Shown: piece by piece, positions 61,786 to 64,000 of the stretch | Layout of the letters: each line of letters opens with the position of its first letter | Numbering within the stretch: the first letter of the stretch is position 1 | NCBI GenBank assembly: GCA_051313645.2 | Contig: JBNRSN020000017.1 | Location: 19,902,001-19,966,000, forward strand | Length of the DNA: 64,000 nucleotides | DNA from: Centroscyllium fabricii | Lineage: Eukaryota | Reading direction: 5' to 3' | Position numbers and translations under genes: made by a program | Notes under the pieces: generated by a model | What the model was told of the DNA's origin: nothing | Databases searched by the model: none | Seen by the model: the letters and a program-made list of their open reading frames with translations, nothing else

Positions 61786-62760
61786 GGTCTTCTCGGCGCA
61801 GATCACAAATGCAATCTCAAACTTACTCCACGGCGCCAATAAAAAGGCTCGCTCGCCCCCTGAAACTTTTTTTTTCTCTCACTTTCTCTCTCTCTCTCTT
61901 TGACAGTAATTCCCACCCACACACACACAGCGAGAGAGAACTTCGGCGCTTCTCCCACTTCAAAACGCCGACTCCAGCGCCCGTCGCCTAGGAACGCGGC
62001 TGAGGAGGACTCCCCGCTTTCGCTTGACAACCCAACCTGACGGCTGGGGCTGGGTTTGTGCGGCGGGGATTGGCCCGGGCTGGCGGAGTCCCCGCGTGGC
62101 CATTGGCCAATCTCAACGTCAATCACTCGTTAGTGCCCCCGCCCCCTCCCTTATGCGGCGGTGATTGGCCCGGGCTGGCGGAGTCCCCGCGCGGCCATTG
62201 GCTAATCCCAACGTCAATCACTTGTTAGTGCCCCCGCCCCCACTCTGCGGCGGGGATTGGCCCGGGCTGGCGGAGTCCCCGCGCAGCCATTGGTCAATCC
62301 CAACGTCAATCACTCGTTAGTGCCCCCGCCCCCCCCTATGCGGCGGTGATTGGCCCGGGCTGGCGGAGTCCCCGCGCGGCCATTGGCTAATCCCAACGTC
62401 AATCACTCGTTAGTGCCCTCGCCCCCTCCCCATGCGGCGGGGATTGGCCCGGGCTGGCGGAGTCCCCGCGCGGCCATTGGTCAATCTCAACGTCAATCAC
62501 TCGTTAGTGCCCACGCCCCCCCACCCCTATGCGGCGAGGATTGGCCCGGGCTGGCGGAGTCCCCATGCGGCCATTGGCCAATCCCAACGTCAATCACTCG
62601 TTAGTGCCCCCGCCCTCCCTCCCCTATGCGGCGGGGATTGGCCCGGGGCTGGCGGAGTCCCCGCGCGGCCATTGGTCAATCACAACGTCAATCATTCATT
62701 AGTGCCCCGCCCCCTCCAGTCGCGCTAGGTTGCCTCGGCACGGACTGACGTCACGGCCAC
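61740..62760 (-). promoter_or_regulatory. BAIAP2: CpG-island promoter and 5' UTR of BAIAP2
   Basis: CpG-dense and GC-rich, directly upstream of the ATG. Contains many ATTGG/CCAAT and CCCCGCCCC motifs, a full CRE TGACGTCA at 62746-62753 and an RFX X-box-like GTCGCCTAGGAAC at ~61983-61995. Confidence 0.8.
62059..62716. repeat. Promoter tandem array, 7 copies of a ~93-bp unit
   Basis: Unit tgcggcggggATTGGcccgggctggcggagtccccgcgcggccATTGGtcaatcccaACGTCAatcactcgttagtgCCCCCGCCCCtccct repeated 7 times. Confidence 0.95.
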
Positions 62761-63583
62761 CCTCTCCAGGGGACCTGGCCAGCAGATTTTGTTGCAGTGA
62801 AGATCAAAGAGGGATTTATTTAAAAAATATGCGTCTATACCTTAAAAGAAACGTAATTCACTTCCATAGCAACCAGTTAATAACGTGTTAGAAATCCCCT
62901 TTGCATTGTGCGGCATATACGTAATATTGGCAGCTCAGCTGGGATTTTTTTTCCATGCTCGTCATTATGCTGCAGTTTTTTTGGAAGCAGCCACTGAACG
63001 TTCATTGTAAAAGGGTAATTATTGCAAATTAATCCAATGTGAGCTCATCTGGTGGGCACGGTGAATCATTCTCAACCAGCGTTTGCTCAGATGCTCAGGG
63101 ATGACTTAGCCGAGCCTACTTTACATTAACACTGTTCCAAACTAATCACCATAAATGAGTTGCTGCCAGGGCTTCAGCCACAAAACCTTGCGCAGTTTGC
63201 AGCACTCTCTCCGAATCGTGATGTATAGCTTGCTGCTGCTGCAAATTTATACAAGGGTTTCCCCCCCTACTGTGAGTTACTCTTGTTTCCCTGAATGCAA
63301 GAGTCTAGACATTTATCCCATTCCATGGCTCCCTCTTGAAGGAGACTCCCCTGGTTTTTTTGGTGACAAAATATGCACAATCATCCGGACTAGGGACATT
63401 TTTGTCTTGTAAGGAAATTCCCTTTTTTTAAATCATTCTGTGTGTTTTGCAGCATTTGACCCCCCTTGCGACTGTGCCTCATTGCTCGCAGACTGAGGTG
63501 TTAAAATATGTTAATATGCCTTTGTGTCTCTAGGGTGAGATGTGGAAGAGATCGGATTTCTCCCTTCCTCCGATATGTGATCT

Positions 63584-63687
63584 TTAAGTCAGTCTCTGTC
63601 CACCTGACAAAGGGGCAGAAGCTCCGAAAGCTTGTGATTTAAAATAAAACCATTGGACTATAATCTGGTGTTGTGTGACTTCTTGCA
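63584..63687 (+). mobile_element. Penelope family A fragment with a mutated hammerhead (CUGACAA)
   Basis: Matches 16122-16225. Confidence 0.8.
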
Positions 63688-63943
63688 CAAATCTATGTAA
63701 CCGCTTTCCAATAGTCTTTTTCTGTTTTAAAAAAAATGCTTGCTGTACGTTTCAATGGACTTTTCATACCTCTTTTAGGAAAATAAATGTTTGAGGTTGG
63801 AAAATGTAAGTAATTGTACAAGTCTCCCACGGTCCCATCTTTTTCAAATGCATCCCTGAGAAAGATGAGTATCTGTCTGACTGCGTCCCTCAGGGGTTTT
63901 TAATATTCTGCCAGTTGCTGGCCATACAGTGGTGACATCAGGA

Positions 63944-64000
63944 ATACAGAAACACAGAAGATAGGAGCAGGAGTAGGCCATTCGGCCCTTCGAGCCTGCT
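63944..64000 (-). mobile_element. SINE/CR1 3' tail running off the window
   Basis: acagaagataggagcaggagtaggccattcggcc. Confidence 0.8.

Overview
Eukaryotic, repeat-rich DNA, almost certainly from a cartilaginous fish (shark or ray); this is inferred from HE1-type V-SINEs that share their 3' tail with CR1/HER1 LINEs and from Deu-domain SINEs. The window holds the 5' end of BAIAP2 (IRSp53) on the minus strand. It includes a CpG-island promoter (~61740-62760) and three coding exons of the I-BAR/IMD domain: exon 1 61738-61785, exon 2 53309-53384 and exon 3 40023-40109, all GT-AG with compatible phases. More than 40 kb of intron 3 follows, and exon 4 was not found. None of these exons appears in the ORF track; the long ORFs there come from transposons or tandem repeats. 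The introns contain CR1, RTE-X, Rex1-type and L2 LINE remnants, tRNA- and 5S-derived SINEs, Penelope pseudo-LTRs with minimal hammerhead ribozymes, Tigger, hAT and Harbinger MITEs, and a probable solo LTR. The most notable observations are: a composite 5S-headed SINE built on a non-coding Rex1-type bipartite element; a 7-copy ~93-bp CCAAT/GC-box promoter array; Tigger MITEs packed with phased NRF1/YY1-like motifs; a candidate recursive splice site in intron 3; and fold-back Penelope/hammerhead hairpins. All calls were made by eye without database searches.
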